64,000 nucleotides of DNA from Limnochordales bacterium (lineage in GTDB: Bacteria > Bacillota > Limnochordia > Limnochordales > ZCTH02-B6), in contig DATGPV010000054.1 of assembly GCA_035304545.1 (NCBI GenBank), positions 74,473-138,472 on the forward strand, given 5' to 3'. Below, one piece after another: positions 9,680 through 18,742 of the stretch. The notes below the pieces were generated by a model. That model made no database searches and had not been told where the DNA came from. It worked only from the letters and a program-made list of their open reading frames with translations. Both the position numbers and the translations under genes were made by a program. Every line of letters starts with the position of its first letter. Within the stretch, counting starts at the first letter, position 1.

Positions 9680-11107
9680 CTACCCCTGATGCTCGGTCCC
9701 GGCATCGGGCGGCAGCAGCTGCGGCAGCCGCTGTTCCCAGCGGTCGCAGATGGCCCGCGCCCGCCGCGCGGCGATGCCGGTATACCGCTCTGGCTGCTCC
9801 AGCACCCGGCGCTGCTCCGGGGTCAGGCGGGCCAAGTACGGCGCGAGCTCGGGATGATCCTGCGCCGCTGCGGCCAAGGGGCGGCCCGCGGCCTCCGCTT
9901 CCAAAGTGAGGCGCCGGACCGCTTCGTGGGCGTCAGGATGGCCCAGGCTGGCCAGGAGGATATACAGCGGTTCGGCCGCGATGAGTCCCCGGGTCAAGGC
10001 CAGGTTGCGGGCCATGGCTTCCCGGTCCACCGCCAGCCGCTCCGATTCCCGGGCAAGCCGGCTCGCGGCCAGGGCCAGACCGGCCGCCACTTCGACGATA
10101 AAGCGGCTGGACGCGGAGTTGGTCAGATCCCGCTGGTGTTCGGAGATCTGGTCCATATACACCGTCATCATGCGGGGCATGAAGGTCTTCCACAAACTCT
10201 TGACGTGCTCGAAGTTCCACGGGTTGCGCTTGTGGGGCATGGTGGACGAGCCCACCTGCTGGGGATCAAAGGCCTCCCCGGTTTCGCCGATTTCGGTCCG
10301 CTGCAGATGGCGCAGGTCATCGGCGAAGTTGGCCAGCACGCCCAAACAGCTCACCAGGGCGTGCACGTAGTCGGTGATGTACTCGGGCGCCACCACCTGG
10401 GTCGCGTGTTCGCCGGGCTCCAGCCCCAGCCGGGCCAGGACCTCCCGCTCGAAGGCTTCGGGGTCCGGGAAAAACAGGGCACTCGCGTTATAAGCCCCTA
10501 CCGCGCCGGCCATCTTGCCCCGCAGATTGGCCGCGGCCTGGCTCAACCGCTCCATGCGCTCCCCCAGCCGCGCCACATACTCGGCCACGGCGAAGCCAAA
10601 GGTGATGGGCACCGCGTGCTGGCCGTGGGTGCGCCCGATCTGCACCGTGTCCGCCTCCCGCCGGGCCAGGGCGATCCACGTGCGCAGCAGCCGGCCCAGG
10701 CGGGGCAGGAGCACTTCCCGGGTAACCGCCCGGTACTGCAGGGCCCGGGCGGTATCCAAGATGTCCATGGACGTGGCGGTAAAATGCACGTAGGGACGGG
10801 CTTCTTCCGGCAGCCGGTCCCGGATGGCATTGACCAGGGCCCGCACGTTGTGGCGGGTCTGCTGCTCCCGCTGGTACACTTCCGCCGGCGTCACCGCGGC
10901 CGCGGCCTGCCGCACCGCCTCGGCCACCGCCGGGCTGCACAGGCCCCGGGCGGCCAAGGTTTCCGTCAGGGCCACCTCCACCTGCAGCTGGTAGCGGACG
11001 AAGGCGTCCTCGGACAAGTACTGGCGCAGCTGGTCCGCCAGGGCCGGGTCGCTGACCCGGTAGCGATGATCCAACGGGCTGATGTTTTGAAACACGTAGG
11101 CTTCCAC
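9680..11107 (-). CDS. purB: Adenylosuccinate lyase
   Basis: NISPLDHRY, TRHNVRAL, GRTHGQHAVP, signature GSSTMPHKRNP, EHQRDLTNSAS; GTG after AAGGAGG. Confidence 0.95.
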   Translation of the reverse strand: MEAYVFQNISPLDHRYRVSDPALADQLRQYLSEDAFVRYQLQVEVALTETLAARGLCSPAVAEAVRQAAAAVTPAEVYQREQQTRHNVRALVNAIRDRLPEEARPYVHFTATSMDILDTARALQYRAVTREVLLPRLGRLLRTWIALARREADTVQIGRTHGQHAVPITFGFAVAEYVARLGERMERLSQAAANLRGKMAGAVGAYNASALFFPDPEAFEREVLARLGLEPGEHATQVVAPEYITDYVHALVSCLGVLANFADDLRHLQRTEIGETGEAFDPQQVGSSTMPHKRNPWNFEHVKSLWKTFMPRMMTVYMDQISEHQRDLTNSASSRFIVEVAAGLALAASRLARESERLAVDREAMARNLALTRGLIAAEPLYILLASLGHPDAHEAVRRLTLEAEAAGRPLAAAAQDHPELAPYLARLTPEQRRVLEQPERYTGIAARRARAICDRWEQRLPQLLPPDAGTEHQG

Positions 11108-11234
11108 GGCGATTGCTCCTCCTTCGCCCTCTAAGTTCCTGGCAGCCGGGGCGATCCCTGCGTCTGGGCACCCCCCGGACATCCTGCATATTGTGTTAGC
11201 AACCACCACGCCCGATGCGGGGAGGTCCTCCCCT

Positions 11235-12590
11235 GTGAGCTGCCTGCTGATCTGCGGGGATCGCGCGCCCCATCCCGCCCTTCTCAAGCGGTTGCCCAGC
11301 TTTGTCGTTTCCGAGGATTTCCAGCCCGGGGACTGGACGTGCGTGGTCCGCTGGGGTGCCACCGCCGGTCCCGACGCAGGCCAGTGGGTGGTGAACGCCC
11401 GGGACGCCATCCGCAACGCCACGGGCCCCGATTGCCACGCGATCCTGCGCCTCAACAACATCCCGGCTGCCGGCGGGCTCGAGCCCCGCTGGCGGGTGCA
11501 CACCTTTGACCTGCGCACCCTGGCCGTCCTGCAATGGTCGGGCCGCCGCCTGCGCCAAAGCAGCCTGGGCGGCTCCCGCCTGTTGGCCCGGGTGCGCCAC
11601 CTGGGGCGCCGGGCCTGCTACGCGCTGGGCCTGCACTTTGGCGCGGTGGACATCGGCGTCACCCCGGGGGGGCAACTGGCGGTGGCCCGGGTCGTGCCCG
11701 CGCCGAGCCTGGACGCGCGCCTGGCCCGCCGCTGGGCCCACGCCATGGAAACCTACGCCGCGGCCGTGGCCGATGCCCAAGCCGCCGCGGCGGGCGCAAC
11801 CCCAGGAAACGAGGTGGTGCTGGGCGCGGATCCCGAATTCATCCTGCGCAGCCGCAAAAGCGGCCGCACCGTCAGCGCGTCCCGCTTCTTCAGCCGCTGG
11901 GGCACGGTGGGGCTGGACCGGGCGTGTTTTGTGCGCAACGGGGTCCTCATCTATCCCCTGGCGGAAGTGCGGCCCGCACCCAGTCCCGACCCCCTGGAGC
12001 TGGTGGAAAACTTGCGCCGGGCCATCGCCAAAGCCGCCAGCACCGTGCGGGGCTACCGCATCAACTTCGAAGCGGGCGGCACGTCCCTGCGGCGCTTCAC
12101 CATCGGGGGCCACGTCCACTTCAGCAACATTCGCCTGTCCACCGACCTGCTGCAGGCCCTGGACAACTACCTTGCCTTGCCCGTACTGTTTCTAGAAAAC
12201 CCCAGAAGCTCCCGCCTGCGCCGACCCCGCTACGGGTTTCTCGGGGATTGGCGCTCCCAGCCCCACGGCGGGTTTGAATACCGCACCCCCGGCAGCTGGC
12301 TGATCTCGCCCCAGTACGCCCGGGCCGTCCTCTGCCTGGCCAAGGTGGTGGCCACCGACTACCCCCTGCTGCGCCGCAACGTCTTCTTGTCCGCCGACAA
12401 TCAGCGGGCCTTTTACCGGGCCGACAAGCAGGCGCTCCGGCCCTACTTTCTCCAAATCTGGCGGGACCTGGAACGCACGCCGTCCTTTCAGGAATTCCGC
12501 CCGCACATCGATTTGATCCGGCAGATGGTGGCCGAAGAGCGGCGCTGGAACGAGCGGGTGGACTTGAAACGCCGGTGGTTGGCGGGCTGA
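11235..12590 (+). CDS. phiEco32-like COOH-NH2 ligase (putative amidoligase) with a degenerate N-terminal ATP-grasp-like region
   Basis: LGADPEFIL, LAEVRPAP, GGHVHFS, LDNYLALP, RRPRYGFLGD, HGGFEYRTPGSWL; GTG 11235 after GGAGG. Confidence 0.85.
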   Translation: MSCLLICGDRAPHPALLKRLPSFVVSEDFQPGDWTCVVRWGATAGPDAGQWVVNARDAIRNATGPDCHAILRLNNIPAAGGLEPRWRVHTFDLRTLAVLQWSGRRLRQSSLGGSRLLARVRHLGRRACYALGLHFGAVDIGVTPGGQLAVARVVPAPSLDARLARRWAHAMETYAAAVADAQAAAAGATPGNEVVLGADPEFILRSRKSGRTVSASRFFSRWGTVGLDRACFVRNGVLIYPLAEVRPAPSPDPLELVENLRRAIAKAASTVRGYRINFEAGGTSLRRFTIGGHVHFSNIRLSTDLLQALDNYLALPVLFLENPRSSRLRRPRYGFLGDWRSQPHGGFEYRTPGSWLISPQYARAVLCLAKVVATDYPLLRRNVFLSADNQRAFYRADKQALRPYFLQIWRDLERTPSFQEFRPHIDLIRQMVAEERRWNERVDLKRRWLAG

Positions 12591-12596
12591 ACCGGA

Positions 12597-12623
12597 ACAC
12601 CCGCCGGCCCGCCTCCATAACAT
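12597..12623 (+). promoter_or_regulatory. Putative sigma-K (mother-cell) promoter for cotE
   Basis: AC (12597-12598), 17 nt, CATAACAT (12616-12623) matches AC-N17-CATANNNT. Confidence 0.5.
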
Positions 12624-12651
12624 ACACCAAGGTTGAGCCAGGAGGAGGAGC

Positions 12652-13290
12652 GTGATTGAGGTCATGAGCGCCTTGCGGGAAATCTTCGTCAAGGCCGTCT
12701 GCGCCCGGGGCAAGCGAGGCTTCGTGCGCACCCACCGGTTTCGAACCAAGTACCACCCCGAGGACCTGCTGGGCTGCCGCATCACCAACCACCGGGTCAC
12801 GGCGGTGTTGACCGGCGGCGGCGGCGTGGCGGTGCAAGGATCCTACGACATCCACGTCTGGTACGCGTACACCGGCGACGGCAGCGACGGGGGCCGGGGC
12901 CGCGTGCACACCGCGGTGGCCGTCCAATCGGTGGAGTTTGACGAGCACCTGCCCGTGCAGTACTTGACCGGGTCCGCCGGCGCGGTCCTGCACCCTGAGT
13001 GCCGGGTCGCGTGCACCCGCCAGCCCCGGGCCCGGGAGATCGCCCTGGACGCGGACGGCGTCGTCCAGGTGCTGGTGGAGGACGGCTACGCGGCCGAGGT
13101 CATCGGGGAAACCACCTTGTGGGTGCCGGTGTACGCGGGGGTCGGCTCCAGCGGCGACGACAAGAAGATGCTGGAGCTGTGGGAAATGATGGACAGCGAG
13201 CTGGACGATGAGTTCGAGGACGACCTGGCCGAGGACGAGTTCGACGCCGGGACCGAGCACGAGCTCAAGGAGGAAGAAGTCAGCCGCTGA
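12652..13290 (+). CDS. cotE: Outer spore coat morphogenetic protein CotE
   Basis: REIFVKAVCARG, LLGCRITNH, VQGSYDIHVWYAY, EVIGETTL, acidic C-terminal tail; AGGAGGAGG SD. Confidence 0.88.
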   Translation: MIEVMSALREIFVKAVCARGKRGFVRTHRFRTKYHPEDLLGCRITNHRVTAVLTGGGGVAVQGSYDIHVWYAYTGDGSDGGRGRVHTAVAVQSVEFDEHLPVQYLTGSAGAVLHPECRVACTRQPRAREIALDADGVVQVLVEDGYAAEVIGETTLWVPVYAGVGSSGDDKKMLELWEMMDSELDDEFEDDLAEDEFDAGTEHELKEEEVSR

Positions 13291-13356
13291 CGCGGCGGCC
13301 GCGGGTGCGCCGGGCCCGGTCCGGAAGGCCGCGCGGGAAAGGGGAAACCCCACAGG

Positions 13357-14787
13357 ATGCCCGTTGTTCACCCCGTCCTTATCGGCGGCACCCCCCAGCC
13401 GGGCCGCCGGGAAGTCCTCGTGCCCGCATCGCTGGCGGCCCGGCTCCAGCTGACCGGCGGCGAGATCCACCTGGGCGCGGGCCCTTTGCGGGAGCCGGCC
13501 AGGGCGGTCATCGCGCAGGACCGGCCCGGACAGCAGACTCCCCAGGTGCTCATGGATCCCGAGCTCCTGGGCCGGCTGCATGTGCCCCCTGGGGCGCGGC
13601 TGCACATGCGCTGGGACCCGGAAAAGCGCCTCCTCATCCTCGGGCCCTTTGTGGGCATTCTGGCGCTGCGGGTCCGAGGCGGCGGGCTGTACGGCGAGCA
13701 CGACCCCTTTTTCCGGGCCCTCACCCGCTGGGGCGAACGCATGGCGGTGGGCGCCTACATGTTCGGACCTCGGGACGTGAACTGGGAGAGGCGCTGCATC
13801 CACGGCTACACCTATGCGGGGGTGTGGCCCCTGGGCCGCTGGCGGCGGGGCGTGTTCCCTTTCCCTGACGTGGTATATGACCGCCTGCAGACCCGCCGCG
13901 CGGAGTGGAGCGCGCCCTACGTCCGCTTTCGGGAACGGCTGGCCCGCCACGTGCCCGTATGGTTCAACGCGATGGGCTTCTTTGACAAGTGGCGCATGCA
14001 CCAGGAGCTGTCCAAAAGCCCGGTGCTGGCCCGGCTCCTGCCGCATACCGAGCGCTACAGCGGTCCGGCGCAGCTGGAGCGGTTTCTGCGCACCAGCCGA
14101 TCGGTGTTCCTGAAGCCCATTGGCGGCAGCCTGGGGCTGGGCATCATCTGCGTACGCCGCACCGGCTCCGGCTACGCCGTGGCGTACCAGTTGAAGGACC
14201 GGGCCGTGGTGTACCCCGTCGGGAACCTGGCGCGGGTGGGCAGGTTGGTGGCCCGGGCCGTGGGCCACCGCCCCTACATTATCCAGGAAGGCTTGCCCCT
14301 GGCCACTTGGCGGGGCCGGCCCATCGACGTGCGCATCCTCGTGCAGCGGACCGCCGGGGGCCAGTGGACCTTGACCAAGATGTACGTTCGCATCGCGGCG
14401 CCGGGCAGCTTTACCGCCAACTTGAGCCGGGGCGGCCAGGGCGCGCGGCCCGGCCCCGTCTTGCGCCGGGTCTTTGGCGCCCGCCACGCGGCCCTTCTGC
14501 GGCAGCTGCACGCCACGGGCCTGCAATGCGCCCGGGAAATGGAGAACCTCCTCCAGGGCACCGTCGGCGAGCTGGGGATTGATCTCGGGATCGACCGGCG
14601 CGGGCGCCTCTGGCTCATCGAAGTGAACTCCAAGCCCTTTCTGCAGATGACCCGGGAAGCCGGCTCGCCCCGCACCTTGGCGCTGTCCGTACAGCGGCCG
14701 CTGCGCTTTGCCCGGTACATGGCCGGTTTTGAGGAAGCGGAGCCGGCGCCGCGGCCCGTCCCGGCGGAGACAGGGGCCGGAGCATGA
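13357..14787 (+). CDS. YheC/YheD family endospore-coat ATP-grasp protein
   Basis: GPFVGIL, PFPDVVYDR, FFDKW, LKPIGGSLGLGI, GRPIDVRILVQR, GELGIDLGID..GRLWLIEVNSKP. Confidence 0.9.
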   Translation: MPVVHPVLIGGTPQPGRREVLVPASLAARLQLTGGEIHLGAGPLREPARAVIAQDRPGQQTPQVLMDPELLGRLHVPPGARLHMRWDPEKRLLILGPFVGILALRVRGGGLYGEHDPFFRALTRWGERMAVGAYMFGPRDVNWERRCIHGYTYAGVWPLGRWRRGVFPFPDVVYDRLQTRRAEWSAPYVRFRERLARHVPVWFNAMGFFDKWRMHQELSKSPVLARLLPHTERYSGPAQLERFLRTSRSVFLKPIGGSLGLGIICVRRTGSGYAVAYQLKDRAVVYPVGNLARVGRLVARAVGHRPYIIQEGLPLATWRGRPIDVRILVQRTAGGQWTLTKMYVRIAAPGSFTANLSRGGQGARPGPVLRRVFGARHAALLRQLHATGLQCAREMENLLQGTVGELGIDLGIDRRGRLWLIEVNSKPFLQMTREAGSPRTLALSVQRPLRFARYMAGFEEAEPAPRPVPAETGAGA

Positions 14788-14809
14788 AAAGAGGAAGCGA
14801 GGGGAAAGG

Positions 14810-16135
14810 ATGGGCCGGGCGGTCTTGGGCATACTAACCACCTATCCCGACGGATCCTCGGTGCGGGGGCCCCGCTGGCCCCAATGGCGCACCTTTGCGG
14901 AGCTCATCCGCTGCGGGCGGGAACAAGGGGTCTTGGTGTACGTCTTTTCGCCGGACGGCGTGGACTGGCGCCGGCGGCAGGTGCTGGGATGGCGGGCCAG
15001 CGCCCAGGGCCCGCGCCACTGGGTGGCCCGCTGGTTTCCCATGCCCGATGTGGTCTACAACCGGGTCCCCACCCGGACAGCGGAAAGCCGGCCCGCGGTG
15101 CGCCAATGCCTGCGCCGATTCCAGCGGGAGCTGGACGGACGCGTCTTCAATCCCCACTACCTGAACAAGGCCATGCTCGGCCGGGCCCTAGGCCACGATC
15201 CGGAGCTTGCAGCGCACCTGCCCGCCACCATCCCGCTGCGGGACCCGGTCGGGCTGCGGCGCTTCGTGGAGGAGCACCGGCGGGTGTACCTCAAGGCGGT
15301 GGGCGGCAGCCTGGGCAACGGCACCATGGACATCACACCCGTGGGCGGGGGGCGCTGGCGCTTGCGCTACAATCCCGGTCCCGGCCGCACCCGCACCGCG
15401 TACCTGCCTTCCTTTGGCGCCCTGTGGGAAGCCGTTCTGCGGTTGGTGCGGGGCCGCCCGTACCTGGCCCAGCAGGCCATCGCCCTGGCCCGGGTCCAGG
15501 GCCGGCCCTTTGACTTGCGCCTCTTGGTGCAAAAGCAGCCCGACGGCCAGTGGCGCTGCACCGGCGGTGCGGCCCGGGTGGCGGGCCCCGGACAGATCAC
15601 CACCCACGTGCCCCGGGGGGGCCGCCGCATGGCCATGGACGCGGCCCTGGCGGCCGCGTTTGGGCCCGCGGCGGCCCGGGAGCTGGCCCAGCGGGCGGCG
15701 GCCCTGGCCCAGCAAGCGGCCCGGGCCATGGAGGCCGCCTTGGGGCGGGAGTTCATGGAGATGTCCCTGGATCTGGGGATCGACGAGCAGCAGCGGCTGT
15801 GGATCTTCGAGCTCAACTCCAAGCCGCTGCGGTTCGATGAAAAGGACATCCAGCGCCGCTGGGTCCAGAACTTGATCCAGTACGTGCAGGCCCTGGCCGG
15901 TTCCGCGCGGTGGGCCGGCCAAGGGGACCCAGGCCGCGGCCGCGCAGGCACCCCCGCGGGGGCCCTGGCCCGCAGGCCGCGACCCCGGGCGGTCCACCGG
16001 CCGCCGGACCCGGCCTCCGGCCCCGAGGAAGCGCCCTTCAGAAGTGCTGGAAACCTCCTGCCGGCAGCGGCTGGAGCTCACCGTCCCGCCGGCGCAGCAT
16101 CACGCCCTGGCTCGCGTCCACAATTTCGCCAATGA
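14810..16135 (+). CDS. Second YheC/YheD family ATP-grasp protein; low-complexity tail overlaps convergent thiL
   Basis: PMPDVVYNR, YLNK, KAVGGSLGNG, GRPFDLRLLVQK, THVPRGG, DLGIDEQQRLWIFELNSKP; ATG 14810 after a purine-rich SD. Confidence 0.88.
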   Translation: MGRAVLGILTTYPDGSSVRGPRWPQWRTFAELIRCGREQGVLVYVFSPDGVDWRRRQVLGWRASAQGPRHWVARWFPMPDVVYNRVPTRTAESRPAVRQCLRRFQRELDGRVFNPHYLNKAMLGRALGHDPELAAHLPATIPLRDPVGLRRFVEEHRRVYLKAVGGSLGNGTMDITPVGGGRWRLRYNPGPGRTRTAYLPSFGALWEAVLRLVRGRPYLAQQAIALARVQGRPFDLRLLVQKQPDGQWRCTGGAARVAGPGQITTHVPRGGRRMAMDAALAAAFGPAAARELAQRAAALAQQAARAMEAALGREFMEMSLDLGIDEQQRLWIFELNSKPLRFDEKDIQRRWVQNLIQYVQALAGSARWAGQGDPGRGRAGTPAGALARRPRPRAVHRPPDPASGPEEAPFRSAGNLLPAAAGAHRPAGAASRPGSRPQFRQ

Positions 16136-17030
16136 CGGTGTAGGTGGTGCCCGATCCCGGCAGGACGTGGGTGCCCGTGCGGTAGCGGGACATGGTGAAG
16201 AGCAGCTCGTAATCTTCCCCGCCGCCCAGGGCCAGGGCCAGCGGATCCAGTCCAGCGGCCTGGGCCACCCGGCGCACATCGTCGGAGATGGGCAAGGCCG
16301 CCTCGTCGATGATGGCCCCCACCCCGCTGGCGGCGCACAGGCGTCTCAGATCGCCCGCGAGGCCGTCGCTCAGGTCGATGGCCGCGGTGGCCAGCCCCTG
16401 GCTCAACTCTCGCCCGGCCTCCAGCCGGGGCGTCGGGCGCGTGTGCCGGTGCCAAAGGCGCGTCCGGGTATCGGCGGGCACCGGCAAGTCCGGCCGCTGA
16501 AGCAGGATCAAGCCCGCCGCCGCGTCGCCCAGGCGGTGGGTGACGCAGACGCGGTCCCCCACCAGCGCGCCGCTGCGCAAGAGCAGCCGGCCCTCCTCCA
16601 CCTCTCCCAGCAGCGCGACGCTGATGGTCAGCACCGGCGCCCGGACCGTATCGCCGCCCACCACGGCGGCCCCGCTGGCCGCGCCCTCATCGCTCAACCC
16701 TTCGTACAGCCGCTGGACCGCGTGGACGCTGGCGGCGGGCGGCACCCCCAGGGCCACCACCGCAAAGGTGGGCAGCCCCCCCATGGCCGCGATGTCGCTG
16801 ACGTTGACGGCCATGGCCTTGCGGCCCAAGGCGTAAGGGTCCGTCCCGGGGAGGAAATGCACCCCCTCCACCAGCATGTCAGTGGTGAACAACGTGTACC
16901 AGCCCGGCCGGCCCCGCATCACCGCCGCGTCGTCGCCGATGCCGGCGACGAGCCCCGGCCGCGCCCGCTGGTAGCGGCGCAGCTGCTCGATGAGGCCAAA
17001 TTCGCCCAGGTCTTTCACCAAAGGGTTCAT
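16038..17030 (-). CDS. thiL: Thiamine-monophosphate kinase
   Basis: LGEFGLI, GIGDDAA, DMLVEGVHF, NVSDIAAMGG, GGDT, IDLSDGL, GGEDYELLFT, GFQHF; ATGA overlap with pyrE. Confidence 0.95.
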   Translation of the reverse strand: MNPLVKDLGEFGLIEQLRRYQRARPGLVAGIGDDAAVMRGRPGWYTLFTTDMLVEGVHFLPGTDPYALGRKAMAVNVSDIAAMGGLPTFAVVALGVPPAASVHAVQRLYEGLSDEGAASGAAVVGGDTVRAPVLTISVALLGEVEEGRLLLRSGALVGDRVCVTHRLGDAAAGLILLQRPDLPVPADTRTRLWHRHTRPTPRLEAGRELSQGLATAAIDLSDGLAGDLRRLCAASGVGAIIDEAALPISDDVRRVAQAAGLDPLALALGGGEDYELLFTMSRYRTGTHVLPGSGTTYTVIGEIVDASQGVMLRRRDGELQPLPAGGFQHF

Positions 17031-17605
17031 CCCAAGGCACGGCTCCCCCGCTGCTCCAGCGGCACGCCCGCCCTGCACAGGGGGCAGGCGTCCGGCTCCC
17101 AACTGGGGGCGTCCAGGGAAACCAGATATTCCACCGGCACGCCCAAGTCCAGCGCCCGCCCGCCGCTGCGGTCGGCCAAGAGCGCCACGCCCACCACGAG
17201 GGCGCCGGCCTTGCGAGCCACCGCCAAGGCTTCCCGCACCGATCCCCCGGTGGTGACCACGTCCTCCACCACCAGGCAGCGCTCCCCTGGACGCAGCTGA
17301 AACCCCCGGCGCAAGGTCAGCTGGCCGGCTTCTCGCTCCGCGAAGACGGCGCGCACCCCCAGCTGCCGGGCCATCTCGTAGGCCACGATGATGCCGCCCA
17401 CCGCGGGGCCCAGCACCACCTGAACGCCCGCGTCCCGAAACCGCTCGGCCAGGCGGCCCAGGAGCCCGGCCGTCAAGTCCGGCCGCTCCAAGAGGCGAAA
17501 CTTCTCCACATACGTGTCGCTGTGCCGGCCCGAGGTCAGCAGAAAGTGCCCCTTGAGCACCGCCCCGCAGGCCAAGAGCGTCTGCATCGCTTCATCCTGA
17601 AACAC
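17027..17605 (-). CDS. pyrE: Orotate phosphoribosyltransferase
   Basis: GHFLLTSGRHS, GPAVGG, LVVEDVVTTGGS, C-terminal CPLC. Confidence 0.95.
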   Translation of the reverse strand: MFQDEAMQTLLACGAVLKGHFLLTSGRHSDTYVEKFRLLERPDLTAGLLGRLAERFRDAGVQVVLGPAVGGIIVAYEMARQLGVRAVFAEREAGQLTLRRGFQLRPGERCLVVEDVVTTGGSVREALAVARKAGALVVGVALLADRSGGRALDLGVPVEYLVSLDAPSWEPDACPLCRAGVPLEQRGSRALG

Positions 17606-17686
17606 CGCCGAACCCCCTCGCGACAGATCGGATCCCTCCCAGCCGCGGCCAGGCCACCGGGGCGCGACAACGCCCCCGGGTCCGGC

Positions 17687-18742
17687 CTAGTCCTGGTCTT
17701 GGCGGCTTTGGCCCAACACCGCCTGCAGCTCGTCCCGCATGCGCAGCGCGGCCCGGCGGGCCGCCGCGGCATAGTCCTCGGCGGTGCCGGGTTCGCCGGG
17801 GCGTTCCCGCCGCCAGGCGTACAGGATGTCCCGGGCCGAGTTGACCAGCGCCCCCCGGCCGTCGGCGGCAAAGGCCGCGGCGGCCTCCCGGGCCCCCGCC
17901 CCTTGCGCGCCGTAGCCGGGCACGAGCAATAGGACCCCGGGCATCTGCCGGCGCAGGCGGGCCAACTCTTCGGGCCCCGTGGCCCCCACGACCGCGCCCA
18001 CCGGACCGTAGCCGTCGGCCCGGGGCATACCCTGATTCCACTGCACCACCAACTGGGCGACCCGCTGGGCCAACGTCACCGGCGGGTCCCCGTGGCCGGG
18101 ACTTGTTCCGGGGCCCGGGTCCACCGGCAAGTCCTGCAGTTCCGCGCCCGAGGGATTGGACGTGCGCACCAGCACAAAGACGCCCTTGCCCCCCTTCCGG
18201 CACGCTTCCAGAAAGGGCGCCATGCTGTCGCTGCCCAAGTAAGGGTTGACGGTGAGCGCATCGGCCTCCAGCCCCGACGGGCACCCCTGCCACCCGCCTG
18301 CTTGCCCGCCGGCCCCCGCCGGTGCCGCGGCGACAGGGGCCGGCTCGGGGCCGGGCCCGCCCAGGTACGCCCGGGCGTAGGCTGCCGCGGTGGAGCCGAT
18401 GTCGTTGCGCTTGCCGTCAACGATGACCAAGAGCCCCTGCTCACGGGCGTAGGCGATGGTCTCTTCCAGGGCCTGCAGGCCCGGCCAGCCCAGCTGTTCG
18501 AAAAAGGCCAGCTGCGGCTTGACGGCGACGGCGATGTCGTGCACGGCGTCGATGATGAGCCGGTTGAAGGCCGCCACCGCCCGGGCAGCCGCCTGCCGCG
18601 GGTCGTCGCTCTGGCGCCGGCCCCAATTCATCAGGTCGGGGGGCAGCAGCTCGGGCCGGGGGTCGAGGCCCACCACCACCGGCCCGCCCTTTTGGGCTAC
18701 GGCCGCCAGCACCCGCGCCGGAAACGGCGGGATCCCCCTCAT
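17687..18742 (-). CDS. pyrF: Orotidine-5'-phosphate decarboxylase (subfamily 2)
   Basis: VVGLDP, KPQLAFFE, DGKRNDIGST, TVNPYLG, RTSNP, GAVVGAT, LVPGYGAQG; ATGA overlap with the pyrC stop. Confidence 0.95.
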   Translation of the reverse strand: MRGIPPFPARVLAAVAQKGGPVVVGLDPRPELLPPDLMNWGRRQSDDPRQAAARAVAAFNRLIIDAVHDIAVAVKPQLAFFEQLGWPGLQALEETIAYAREQGLLVIVDGKRNDIGSTAAAYARAYLGGPGPEPAPVAAAPAGAGGQAGGWQGCPSGLEADALTVNPYLGSDSMAPFLEACRKGGKGVFVLVRTSNPSGAELQDLPVDPGPGTSPGHGDPPVTLAQRVAQLVVQWNQGMPRADGYGPVGAVVGATGPEELARLRRQMPGVLLLVPGYGAQGAGAREAAAAFAADGRGALVNSARDILYAWRRERPGEPGTAEDYAAAARRAALRMRDELQAVLGQSRQDQD

